A DNA stretch of 64,000 nucleotides from positions 1,327 through 65,326 of the forward strand of contig JBHPGJ010000006.1 of NCBI GenBank assembly GCA_042570545.1, given 5' to 3'. A program made the translations under genes and the position numbers. Origin of the DNA: Patescibacteria group bacterium (lineage in GTDB: Bacteria > Patescibacteriota > Patescibacteriia > JBHPGJ01). This document shows, piece after piece, positions 9,692 through 18,093 of the stretch (position 1 is the first letter of the stretch; the number at the start of each line of letters is the position of its first letter). Under the pieces are notes generated by a model. That model was not told the origin of the DNA. It was given only the letters and a program-made list of their open reading frames with translations, and ran no database searches.

Positions 9692-11218
9692 CTACCGCAT
9701 ACTTTTCATCAGTTCGGCTTCTTCTGTACTGACGGGCAAATTCTCTGGTAATGGGGCCAAATCGATGCCAAAATGCTTTCGTCGCAAGTCAGCATAGTCC
9801 TGAGCCCTGTCCAGACGAACTATTCCTACACCGCCAGACATGGGATGGATTCCCCGTTTAGCCGAGCCGTAAGAAAATCGACTAAAAGCATCAACGGCAG
9901 TGCGATTGAACGGAGACATACGCTCCCAGGCCGGTTTAGCAACACGAGCCGCTACCAGCTGTGGATCGTAGTATTCCCGATAGCACTGAAACAGCAGCTG
10001 CTGTAAATCATCCCGCGATAGATTCTCATGCTGCCAGACCAAAGTTGTCGCATCGAACCGATCTAGATTCTCATCATCAATCAGCCCTTCCGCCAAAAAA
10101 CGATTATACAGCACCGTTCCTGGGAATGGAGACAGAATGTAGAACCAGGCAATCATCGGATTTAGCTCAATCAGTTGGCGTAGATGTTCGCGAACATCGG
10201 CTGCTGTCTGACCGGGGAAACCAATGATATTGCTGAAATGGGCTGCTATCCCGTATTGCTCGCACAGTCTCACGATCTTGGCATAGACTTCGGGCCGGTT
10301 ATGGGTCTTTCTCCTTTCTTTCAGAGTTTTAGTGTCAAACGATTCAGCACCAACAAACATGTCGAAACAGCCAGCCCGACCAAGCAGCTCAAAGAGCTCT
10401 TCGTCGTGATGAACCTGAGCGTCACACTCCACAAAGTACTCCAATCCAAGATCTTCAGCGATGATCGCTCTGAGTAGATCATGCACTCCCGGGATCTTGT
10501 TCAAGTTGTCAGAGGTGAGCATTATCATCTTCACTCCAGATTGCTTAGCCGCCCGGAGACTAGCTAGTGTCACTTCGATCGCTTCGCTTCTGATGATCCT
10601 GCCAGCAACCTCGGTGACCGAGCAAAAATCGCAGATCTGAGTACAACCCCGCGCCGGATATACGCCCATAAAGGGAAAGGCATAGTGACGCATCTCCTCT
10701 TGGCTGGGTGGCAGTAGGGGCTTAGTTACCAGCTTGTGTTGCCAGCGCTGGCCAGCTCCATAGACCGGCTGTACTTCTCCAGCTAAGGCATCTTCAAGTA
10801 TGGTTTCCCACACAACTTCTGCCTCGGACAGAGAAAAGGCCATACCCGGTCTCTGGAATTGCTCGGTTACACAGGTCATTGGGTGCGGACCACCCATGAC
10901 CACATTTCGAACTCCTCGTGAATGAGCCAGGGCCGCTAGATCAAGGGCCCGATGGAATTGGTGTGATTGAACACCTACCAGGGCCAGTAGCGAACACGTT
11001 TCCGGTCTCAACAATTCAAGATAGTTGAGGTTTGTCTGAACATACTCATCCACTAAGTGGACAGTAACAGGGACATCACCGATTTTTGCTGGCGTTATAC
11101 ATTCTATTTGACGCTGAGTAGCATTAGGCATGAAGCCACGGCGGAATCTCTCCACCGCGCCATCAGGCCCATATTTACTGGGTTTTAACAAAACAACCCG
11201 TAAAGCGGTGGGAGACAT
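9692..11218 (-). CDS. B12-binding domain radical SAM protein (class B rSAM)
   Basis: 508 aa; CxxxCxxC cluster motif GCTQICDFCS; N-terminal VVLLKPSKYGPDG ... VVMGGPHP B12-binding-like segment preceding the rSAM core. Confidence 0.75.
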   Translation of the reverse strand: MSPTALRVVLLKPSKYGPDGAVERFRRGFMPNATQRQIECITPAKIGDVPVTVHLVDEYVQTNLNYLELLRPETCSLLALVGVQSHQFHRALDLAALAHSRGVRNVVMGGPHPMTCVTEQFQRPGMAFSLSEAEVVWETILEDALAGEVQPVYGAGQRWQHKLVTKPLLPPSQEEMRHYAFPFMGVYPARGCTQICDFCSVTEVAGRIIRSEAIEVTLASLRAAKQSGVKMIMLTSDNLNKIPGVHDLLRAIIAEDLGLEYFVECDAQVHHDEELFELLGRAGCFDMFVGAESFDTKTLKERRKTHNRPEVYAKIVRLCEQYGIAAHFSNIIGFPGQTAADVREHLRQLIELNPMIAWFYILSPFPGTVLYNRFLAEGLIDDENLDRFDATTLVWQHENLSRDDLQQLLFQCYREYYDPQLVAARVAKPAWERMSPFNRTAVDAFSRFSYGSAKRGIHPMSGGVGIVRLDRAQDYADLRRKHFGIDLAPLPENLPVSTEEAELMKSMR

Positions 11219-11337
11219 AATGATTCCTTTCGTGAACAGTTATAAAGGACTGTTTGATCTACATCAAACTTATTCTCATCCTATTCCGAATTAATAATTG
11301 AGTCAATAATTGGGATTATTAGCCCGTTAAAAGCCCC

Positions 11338-12408
11338 CTATCGTGTCCAGGATTCTATATTTGGATAGACAGACGGACAGGCTCCAGCGCCAGTAGCCAC
11401 ATCCAGCTGATTTTCATTGACCAGCTTGGCATAGGCCCAGTTATCGTTATAAGCAATACATTGCTCATCACCCGTTTTCATGTCTTCGGGTTTCAATATA
11501 TTATCGTAATCTCTTACTGAAAAATCACGCGCGCCATCCTGCCTAATCGCCAGCCCGACAAAACTAGTATAAGTGCCAAAGGTTAGCCAGCGGCCATTGG
11601 TATCGGTATCATTATCTTGGAACCAACCACCAGCTGCTGTCCCAGCAACGTCATAACTAGGATTGCCACAATTGCCATCATCAGCATTGGGCTGCCGCAA
11701 TTTGGAGTAATAAAAAGACTTAAGCTCATCAGTGTAATAATCATACGGACAGTCAGCGACCGTATTTTGGTCCCAATTCCATCTAGCCGGATTTATGTAA
11801 CTGGCCAGCTTAGCGGTATTTAATAAAAGAAAATCATATGTTCTGGCTAATTCAGTGCCATCAGTATAACCGATCAACTCGCCAGCCTTTACCGATATAG
11901 AGACATATTCAGCTACCGCTGAACTTTCTGAAGGTTCTGTGGGCGCGTACTGAAATATGTCATCACTGACTCTGTCTAGGTGATCCAACAAGAACGTCAC
12001 TTCACAACTGGCACGAAACCATAGACCATACTCTCCATAGTCTACGTCAGGGCCACGTTTGGCATATACAATCGCCTCAAGTGTCGCATCAGTGGGAGCA
12101 TATACTTCTGTTTGACTACCTTCGGCAACACCAATATAACTTCTACCGTGAGAGCCACCATCAATGGCGCCAATTGGACCAATTTCATTTATCTTATCGT
12201 TTTCCATAAAGGCACTAGTAAAAACAGGATCGGGATTGCTGACACAGCCTGAATTAATTACTTTGTCTTCAATATTACCATTACTAGCTTGCTCCGCTTG
12301 CCCTTGCTCAAACGATAAAGCGTCAGGCTTCGAAGATTCTGGTCTAAATAAAAAATAACCAGCAACTATAATGATGATTATGGTTGTAGCAATAAATAAA
12401 ATTTTCAT
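11338..12408 (-). CDS. hypothetical secreted protein with N-terminal signal anchor
   Basis: 356 aa; N-term MKILFIATTIIIIIVAGYFLF; no recognised motif. Confidence 0.5.
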   Translation of the reverse strand: MKILFIATTIIIIIVAGYFLFRPESSKPDALSFEQGQAEQASNGNIEDKVINSGCVSNPDPVFTSAFMENDKINEIGPIGAIDGGSHGRSYIGVAEGSQTEVYAPTDATLEAIVYAKRGPDVDYGEYGLWFRASCEVTFLLDHLDRVSDDIFQYAPTEPSESSAVAEYVSISVKAGELIGYTDGTELARTYDFLLLNTAKLASYINPARWNWDQNTVADCPYDYYTDELKSFYYSKLRQPNADDGNCGNPSYDVAGTAAGGWFQDNDTDTNGRWLTFGTYTSFVGLAIRQDGARDFSVRDYDNILKPEDMKTGDEQCIAYNDNWAYAKLVNENQLDVATGAGACPSVYPNIESWTR

Positions 12409-12449
12409 AATTTAAGTATACCAAATTAGTTTATCTGAGCCATCTATTT

Positions 12450-12490
12450 CTGAATAAAATAAAACCGACTTCCTCGCAAAAAGAAGTCGG
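12450..12490 (-). terminator. intrinsic terminator after pentein-like gene (8-bp stem ccgacttc/gaagtcgg + U-tract on minus strand)
   Basis: Hairpin 12465-12490, 4 nt after stop; A-run 12454-12464 on plus strand. Confidence 0.5.
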
Positions 12491-12493
12491 CAA

Positions 12494-13546
12494 CTACACA
12501 CTTTTCATCAGTGGCGTCGGAGCTTCGCTGACCAGACAGCGAATACCGGCGTATTTCCAGACCGGAAAGTAACGGATTGGTACTGGTGTCGTGACTACTT
12601 TATCAGCACCGACGATATCGCCGACTAACATCTCCGTTGCCGGATCACCGCTGGTCATCAGTACACGTCCATCGGGAAATTGCACAAGATTCAGCGAATA
12701 GGGAACGGCCAAGCTGTCCGGAGCATGATCGACGATTCCTAACGGGCGCAATCTCTGACGAAGCAGTACGACTGATTCGAACTCCGGCAGTGCGTACCAA
12801 CAAGGAGTCTTGCTTCTCCCGCGCCACTGGATTACGCAGCAGTGCGGATCAGCAATATGGTGCAATCTGCCATCACGGCCACGCAGGAGACAACCGACAC
12901 GGTCAATGTGATCATTGAAGCGTGGCCGATTATCGATGACCTCAGCCGTATACGTCCCCACAACCGGTGACGGATAGAATGCAACATTCAGCTGGTTAAT
13001 CAAGTCTTCGCTAGCTTTAGCTGCACTAACTGAATGTCCTCCCGTTTCCACAATCCTTTCCGATACCAGTACACTTTTACCAGAGTGCAGCACCCTGCCG
13101 CCAATGCCCCAAGGTGAAGAAAATATACGGTAACCGTCTTTTTCCTCGACCAGCAATTCAGCGATCTCCGGATTCACAAGCAACAAATTCGGCAAAACTG
13201 TTGCGAAATCACGCGGGTAAGCTACTGAAGGCGGAAAAAAGCCTTTATCAAACCCGGCCAGCCGGCAGTCTAGTGCTTCAACACAGGCGCCGAGAACTGT
13301 CTTGTCAGCACTATCGGGATGAGAATAAACAATACGAAAGTCAATTCCCATCGACTTCAAGGTATAGATGATCGCCAGGTATTCCTCTTGCAATTTTTTG
13401 AGAACCGTTTGCTTATCCTGCGTTTCCCTCAAAACTGTTTGACAAAGAGCGAGCTGTCCGTATGGAGCCCTAAAACTTTTTCTTGCTTGTTCTTCAGTCT
13501 CCAACAAAGGCTCGCCAACTAAATACAACTGTTCCATCGGTCTCAC
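12494..13546 (-). CDS. amidinotransferase/arginine-deiminase/DDAH (pentein, guanidino-group modifying) superfamily-like protein
   Basis: 350 aa; C-terminal KYAGIRCLVSEA resembles the G-x-x-C-x-[ST] catalytic-Cys segment found near the C-terminus of pentein enzymes; AAGGAGG RBS; motif-level call only. Confidence 0.45.
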   Translation of the reverse strand: MRPMEQLYLVGEPLLETEEQARKSFRAPYGQLALCQTVLRETQDKQTVLKKLQEEYLAIIYTLKSMGIDFRIVYSHPDSADKTVLGACVEALDCRLAGFDKGFFPPSVAYPRDFATVLPNLLLVNPEIAELLVEEKDGYRIFSSPWGIGGRVLHSGKSVLVSERIVETGGHSVSAAKASEDLINQLNVAFYPSPVVGTYTAEVIDNRPRFNDHIDRVGCLLRGRDGRLHHIADPHCCVIQWRGRSKTPCWYALPEFESVVLLRQRLRPLGIVDHAPDSLAVPYSLNLVQFPDGRVLMTSGDPATEMLVGDIVGADKVVTTPVPIRYFPVWKYAGIRCLVSEAPTPLMKSV

Positions 13547-13621
13547 CTCCTTAGTCCGAGAACGATAAGACGTTATAGTATTTTGGTGATTACGTCAAGG
13601 GAAAAAGTATTTAGTTATGTA

Positions 13622-14026
13622 TTAGGATACTTCTCGAAAACCTATAGCCGTCAGTACTTTGGTGGCCTTTTTTGTCTGATCTTGTCTCACTAAAATATAA
13701 TCTTTTGAATATGTTGAGACAATGAGAATATCCATATTCTGTTTAGCGATAGCCGAGCTGACCGTAGCCAAAAGTCCAACACTATAAAAAGGCATGCTCA
13801 CATTCAGGGCTATCAATGTATAATCGTCTTTATTCCGCTCTATTAGATCAAGTTCTTTTAGCTTCTCCGCCAGGGTCACCACCGTTATTTCATCATTATC
13901 TTGAGTGACTAAAAAATGTTCACCATTTTGCGGAAGCGTGCGCACTTTTGCGTATACATAAGCTCCTTCACTTACAGTGAAGGAGCTTTGTGAAATTATT
14001 TTTTGCAGTTCACTATCTGAATCCAT
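13622..14026 (-). CDS. ACT-domain-like small regulatory protein (hypothetical)
   Basis: 134 aa, beta-alpha-beta-beta-alpha-beta-like pattern, resembles ACT_7/YkoF-like proteins; low certainty. Confidence 0.4.
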   Translation of the reverse strand: MDSDSELQKIISQSSFTVSEGAYVYAKVRTLPQNGEHFLVTQDNDEITVVTLAEKLKELDLIERNKDDYTLIALNVSMPFYSVGLLATVSSAIAKQNMDILIVSTYSKDYILVRQDQTKKATKVLTAIGFREVS

Positions 14027-14043
14027 AATCTAATTCTTTGTGA

Positions 14044-14658
14044 TTAATCACAAAGTATACCGGTATGATTTTCAATTTTTCCGTCATTCAGCTCATACCA
14101 CCAGTCACACTCTCTTAGCGGATACTCAGCACAGCTGCCGACAAAATCTGTGCCAACGATTATATCTTCAAAACCCTCTCTATCTGTAAAGGTATTATCT
14201 ACATATTCTGTACCAACTATACATTTCCCGGCACATTGATCAGAGTTTGAACACTCACTGCCGACGTCAGTATATGGGAAATCACAGTAGTGATCATACG
14301 ACGGCATACAAAGACCATAACAGGTCCATTCGCCGTCTTGATTTTCACAAGATTTTTTATAATCATTATCTACCTGCCGAAACATCTCCCAGTCGTCATT
14401 AAAGTTGCCAATATAATCATCGGGAACGAGTTTACACTGCCAGCCATTTTCATTGTTATTACACAGCTCTTCATCAGGCAATTGTCGGGTTTGAATATTG
14501 GTATTTAAATTTACTGAGACATTTGTATTTATACTTTGGGTATTAACATTTTGCGTATTTGTATTATTGGAAATTTCTTCCTGATTATAAATAACCACAA
14601 AAACAACGGCACCTACGGCTACTACAAATATTATTATTAGCGATGATTTCAACCCCAT
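14044..14658 (-). CDS. Cys-rich secreted protein with N-terminal anchor and Asn/Thr-rich linker
   Basis: 204 aa; TM IIIFVVAVGAVVFVVIY; linker NTNTQNVNTQSINTNVSVNLNTNIQT; about 16 Cys in C-terminal domain. Confidence 0.5.
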   Translation of the reverse strand: MGLKSSLIIIFVVAVGAVVFVVIYNQEEISNNTNTQNVNTQSINTNVSVNLNTNIQTRQLPDEELCNNNENGWQCKLVPDDYIGNFNDDWEMFRQVDNDYKKSCENQDGEWTCYGLCMPSYDHYCDFPYTDVGSECSNSDQCAGKCIVGTEYVDNTFTDREGFEDIIVGTDFVGSCAEYPLRECDWWYELNDGKIENHTGILCD

Positions 14659-14698
14659 ATCATTAAAATATCATAATATCACCGGATATTAAAGCCTA

Positions 14699-14725
14699 GC
14701 TTCCGTGGGCGTTTTATTTTTGAAC
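14699..14725 (-). repeat. copy A of conserved ~28-nt upstream element (minus-strand reading GTTCAAAAATAAAACGCCCACGGAAGC)
   Basis: Aligns with copies at 15345-15372 and 16096-16123; lies 40 nt upstream of start of 14044..14658 and overlaps stop codon of methyltransferase gene. Confidence 0.5.
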
Positions 14726-15331
14726 TTTTTTAGCAAGCAGTTTTAACCAACGAATTTTAAAATATTTCTTATCAACCGCTTTCAATACGGTAAAACCGTT
14801 CTCGATCAATACTTTTTGAAAATCATCTAATCCCCAATAGGAGAAAAATCTAGAATATGTATAGCCATAGTCTTTTTCGGTAACAACCTTCTCGCCTTGG
14901 CCCTGCTTAACAGCTATGTGAACAATCCCCTTGTCTTTTGTAACTCGTGAAATTTCCCGCAAGGCATTGGGCATGTCTTTTTTAGGAAAATGCAGTAATG
15001 AAGCTTTGGCAAAAACGCCATCGAATACCTGGTCTTCATATGGCAGCGAAAACAAATTACCTTGTATAAAATCCACTGTCGGATTTTCTTTCTTTGCTAT
15101 CTTTAACAATTCATCAGACAAATCTAGCCCAGCTACCTTTAATTCACCCTGAATTAATTTCTTAGTGTCTGTGCCCGGCCCGCAACCCAAATCAAGCACA
15201 TAGGCACCCTTAAATAGAGCTTCTATAAAATACTGAATAAAATCATCATCCCAAGTGTCGCTAAGATGATCGGCCTGATAGTCTTTAGCTATACGATCAT
15301 ATGTAGATCGTAACTCGTTTGATTTCATCAA
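14714..15331 (-). CDS. class I SAM-dependent methyltransferase
   Basis: 205 aa; motif I VLDLGCGPGTD; TTG/ATG start. Confidence 0.8.
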   Translation of the reverse strand: MMKSNELRSTYDRIAKDYQADHLSDTWDDDFIQYFIEALFKGAYVLDLGCGPGTDTKKLIQGELKVAGLDLSDELLKIAKKENPTVDFIQGNLFSLPYEDQVFDGVFAKASLLHFPKKDMPNALREISRVTKDKGIVHIAVKQGQGEKVVTEKDYGYTYSRFFSYWGLDDFQKVLIENGFTVLKAVDKKYFKIRWLKLLAKKVQK

Positions 15332-15344
15332 TTAATTATAACAT

Positions 15345-15372
15345 GGCTCCCTTGGGCGGTTTATCTTCGAAC
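15345..15372 (-). repeat. copy B of conserved ~28-nt upstream element (GTTCGAAGATAAACCGCCCAAGGGAGCC)
   Basis: 13 nt upstream of methyltransferase start; flanked by GGGCGG/CCGCCC inverted repeat. Confidence 0.5.
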
Positions 15373-15373
15373 T

Positions 15374-16069
15374 TTACCCGCCCAACAAATATTCTTCCAA
15401 GACTTCCGTTTTACTTGAGTGGCAGACGGCATTGGTAGTAATTAGAGAGACTTTATCAATGATTAAATCCCCAATATCAATATCTTTTAACTTTTGTATT
15501 TCTCTCATGAAATCTTTACTTGGATTGCTTATATAACGACAAATGCTTACATTACCAAATATAACATTATCAGAAGCATACTTTTTATTATCCGGAACAC
15601 TAGATACTTTTAATTCAGCTCTAAGTTTCCTAGTTAGTGTCCCCAGCATTTTATCTGAATAACCACGTATCCCAAGACTTGTTGGCAATTCAAATAGCCC
15701 CTTCAGGGCAAATGTAAATGGTTTGAACCTGGGTATTATCTTTCGAAATACTGTCCTTGCTATCTCAATATCCTCATCATTAAAAAGAGGTGGATAGTTT
15801 ACAGTTCTGATGTTTTGTATCGTAAGATGCAGCGCGGCAGGTTCATAGTAGTATTGATTGCCATCAGCTTGCTGCAACGGCTCAATGATCTTCTTGACAA
15901 TTTGCTCTTGAAGATTTTCTGATAAAAAGATTACGCCAGTTAAACATATACGTTTATCATCAACATAATCATCAGTTGCTTCAACAACTGATGTTTGAGC
16001 AGAACCTTTTCTAAATTGATTTTCAAGCTCATCAAAAAGTTGTTCTTGTTTCTGCTGGTAAGTTTTCAT
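15374..16069 (-). CDS. hypothetical protein (possible 2H-phosphoesterase-like: HLTI and CHSS H-x-[ST] motifs)
   Basis: 231 aa ORF; two H-x-T/S motifs are suggestive only. Confidence 0.45.
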   Translation of the reverse strand: MKTYQQKQEQLFDELENQFRKGSAQTSVVEATDDYVDDKRICLTGVIFLSENLQEQIVKKIIEPLQQADGNQYYYEPAALHLTIQNIRTVNYPPLFNDEDIEIARTVFRKIIPRFKPFTFALKGLFELPTSLGIRGYSDKMLGTLTRKLRAELKVSSVPDNKKYASDNVIFGNVSICRYISNPSKDFMREIQKLKDIDIGDLIIDKVSLITTNAVCHSSKTEVLEEYLLGG

Positions 16070-16095
16070 ACTAGTATCTTAGCACAAAAGTTGTT

Positions 16096-16123
16096 GGCTC
16101 CCCTGGGCTGTTTATCTTCGAAC
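16096..16123 (-). repeat. copy C of conserved ~28-nt upstream element (GTTCGAAGATAAACAGCCCAGGGGAGCC)
   Basis: 26 nt upstream of start of 15374..16069. Confidence 0.5.
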
Positions 16124-16143
16124 CTGGGCAAAGGAGTTCGACA

Positions 16144-16172
16144 TTGACAAACAGAGTGTTTCGTAGTAGACT
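16144..16172 (+). promoter_or_regulatory. sigma70-type promoter TTGACA-17-TAGACT for small orphan gene
   Basis: Consensus -35 at 16144-16149, 17-nt spacer, -10 TAGACT at 16167-16172; followed by AGGGAG RBS. Confidence 0.45.
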
Positions 16173-16252
16173 CCAATGTTCTTCTTTAAGAAGACACGGT
16201 ACCCCAGCCGTTCTGGGATTTCATCGGACAACCTTACAAGAGGGAGATTCTG

Positions 16253-16537
16253 ATGCGTAAGAAAATTGAACCTACCCGAGAAGTTACACGCGCTTGGCAG
16301 ACAGGCAAAGCCATGCTCAAGGAAGCGGGTGCAAACTTCTTCATCAATGGTGCCCAAGTCTTGGACATCGCTGAACGGAAACTCAAGGCAGCCAAATGGA
16401 GAAGGGCAGAGGAAGACTCTCGGATCCTTTTCCTTGAGGCTGTGATCCGCTATCACGGTCCCGACACCATCGTTGAGATCGTGGCTGGAGAGTTCACTCT
16501 CTTCAAACCAAGTAAGCCTCCCGTACCCCCTTCCTGA
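16253..16537 (+). CDS. small hypothetical protein (94 aa), compositionally distinct (higher G+C)
   Basis: Own promoter, SD (AGGGAG), and strong terminator; overlapping 16112..16456 minus ORF judged spurious. Confidence 0.55.
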   Translation: MRKKIEPTREVTRAWQTGKAMLKEAGANFFINGAQVLDIAERKLKAAKWRRAEEDSRILFLEAVIRYHGPDTIVEIVAGEFTLFKPSKPPVPPS

Positions 16538-16557
16538 GTTCTAGCATGAGCCCAGGT

Positions 16558-16596
16558 GCCCCCACCACTGTTGAAGCGGTGGGGGCGTTTTTTTTA
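16558..16596 (+). terminator. strong intrinsic terminator (gcccccacc/ggtgggggc stem + T8)
   Basis: 9-bp GC-rich stem 16558-16566/16578-16586 followed by gtttttttt. Confidence 0.7.
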
Positions 16597-16606
16597 GAAA
16601 TGTAAA

Positions 16607-16682
16607 TGGCTCCGGGGGCAGGATTCGAACCTGCGATATCCGCGTTAACAGCGCGGCGTTGTACCAACTCAACTACCCCGGA
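16607..16682 (-). tRNA. tRNA-Asn (anticodon GTT), 76 nt with encoded CCA
   Basis: Manual fold: acceptor TCCGGGG/CCCCGGA (U1-A72), D-stem GTTG/CAAC, anticodon stem CCGCG/CGCGG, loop CTGTTAA, T-arm GCAGG-TTCGAAT-CCTGC, discriminator G, CCA. Confidence 0.85.
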
Positions 16683-16690
16683 ACGATAAT

Positions 16691-16712
16691 CAAAAAACCC
16701 CGCCGAGCGGGG
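16691..16712 (-). terminator. hairpin + U-tract downstream of truB and immediately 5' of tRNA-Asn (terminator or processing hairpin)
   Basis: ccccg/cgggg stem with T-run on minus strand (A-run 16692-16697 on plus). Confidence 0.35.
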
Positions 16713-16805
16713 CTGTATCTTATGAGTTACACAGCAGACCTACCCGGCTATTGGGTGGTTATTATTGTTATTATTATTGGCTGTGAATTTCATAGTAAAG
16801 GCATC

Positions 16806-17489
16806 CTATATCAAAGTATCCAGTTTGTCAATTGGAATAATTTTTTTCTCGCTAAAATCATCTAAACCTATAGACTGATCAAGAGTAATTTTGCCAACTT
16901 TGGTCCTAACTAATTCTTCTAAATAGCCTCCGGTCTTAAGCTCTTCGCCAATATCCCGCGCTAAAGCTCTGATATATGTACCTGACGAACACTCTACCTC
17001 TATTGATAAGCGCGGCCATACGTATTTCTCTATGTGCAGACTATTGATCTCAACCTGATGAGTACCGAGATTAACGACCGTTCCTTGGCGTGCCAGTTTG
17101 TATGACTCAACACCACTTACTTTAGCAGCTGAATAAGTCGGAGGGGCTTGTTTTATACTGCCCTTAAATTTTTTTAAAGCTTGTGTCACATCGGACTTCT
17201 TGGGCGGAGTGACTAATTCCGATTCTGTGATCATACCTTCAGCGTCATCAGTTTCGCTAGTTGCCCCTAGGCGTATAATAGCCTGGTACGTTTTTTCGGT
17301 ATTCTCCGAAAATTTTCCGAGATGTTTAGTAGCTTCTCGCCCAATCCCAATAACTAAAATTCCTGTCGCCATCGGATCCAGGGTCCCTCCGTGTCCCACT
17401 CTTTTTTCACTCGCCAACTGTCTTACTTTATTAACGACGTCGTGAGAGGTTATTCCCTTTGGTTTATTTATTACAATAAAGCCGGTCAT
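16806..17489 (-). CDS. truB: tRNA pseudouridine(55) synthase TruB
   Basis: 227 aa; catalytic motif GHGGTLDPMATGILVIGIG. Confidence 0.85.
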   Translation of the reverse strand: MTGFIVINKPKGITSHDVVNKVRQLASEKRVGHGGTLDPMATGILVIGIGREATKHLGKFSENTEKTYQAIIRLGATSETDDAEGMITESELVTPPKKSDVTQALKKFKGSIKQAPPTYSAAKVSGVESYKLARQGTVVNLGTHQVEINSLHIEKYVWPRLSIEVECSSGTYIRALARDIGEELKTGGYLEELVRTKVGKITLDQSIGLDDFSEKKIIPIDKLDTLI

Positions 17490-17496
17490 CTATTAG

Positions 17497-18093
17497 CTAA
17501 AACCCTAGTTCAAAATCAAGCTGAAGCTGCTCTCCCTGAGTAATAGTTGCTTCCTGACAACTTAAAATCGTTATACCACTAACAGTGACACCGTCTATCT
17601 CAGTAAACGGATCGGCTACACACACCACGTAGTCATCAGGAATAAGTACATAATAATATTCACCTAAATTATTTAGCCCCACTGACTCAAAACCAGCTTC
17701 TTCAATATTCTTATCAGTTAGGATACTACTTGGTGCTATTAATGGCCGCCCGGTTTCTTGGCCCAAAAAATTCAGCGTGGCGATAGCTTGATCCATTGTC
17801 AGTATCGCTACTACACCATCTGTATAGATTGTGTCAGGGATGCTCCCCACATCGCTAAGAATAAATACCTGGCCGGTGACGGCCGTAACACCGCTGGTAT
17901 TAACATTATTATTGTTAACATTAACCGTTGCAGTTGTATTAGTGTTACCGGTGGTATTAGCAACGACTGAATTACTATTCTCAGAGTCTGAATTGACCAG
18001 GTATACGATAGCAATAAAAATAAATATAACAACAACGACAATTATTGACACAAATATTATTGAGTTTGAGTTATTATTATTGTCTTCCGGCAT
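17497..18093 (-). CDS. hypothetical membrane-anchored protein with Asn/Thr-rich linker
   Basis: 198 aa; TM IIFVSIIVVVVIFIFIAIVYL; low-complexity NTTGNTNTTATVNVNNNNVNTSG. Confidence 0.45.
   Translation of the reverse strand: MPEDNNNNSNSIIFVSIIVVVVIFIFIAIVYLVNSDSENSNSVVANTTGNTNTTATVNVNNNNVNTSGVTAVTGQVFILSDVGSIPDTIYTDGVVAILTMDQAIATLNFLGQETGRPLIAPSSILTDKNIEEAGFESVGLNNLGEYYYVLIPDDYVVCVADPFTEIDGVTVSGITILSCQEATITQGEQLQLDFELGF

Noticed and set aside
16112-16456. 114-aa minus-strand ORF overlapping the small orphan gene
   Set aside because: No promoter or RBS. The plus-strand ORF has a complete promoter, SD and terminator set.
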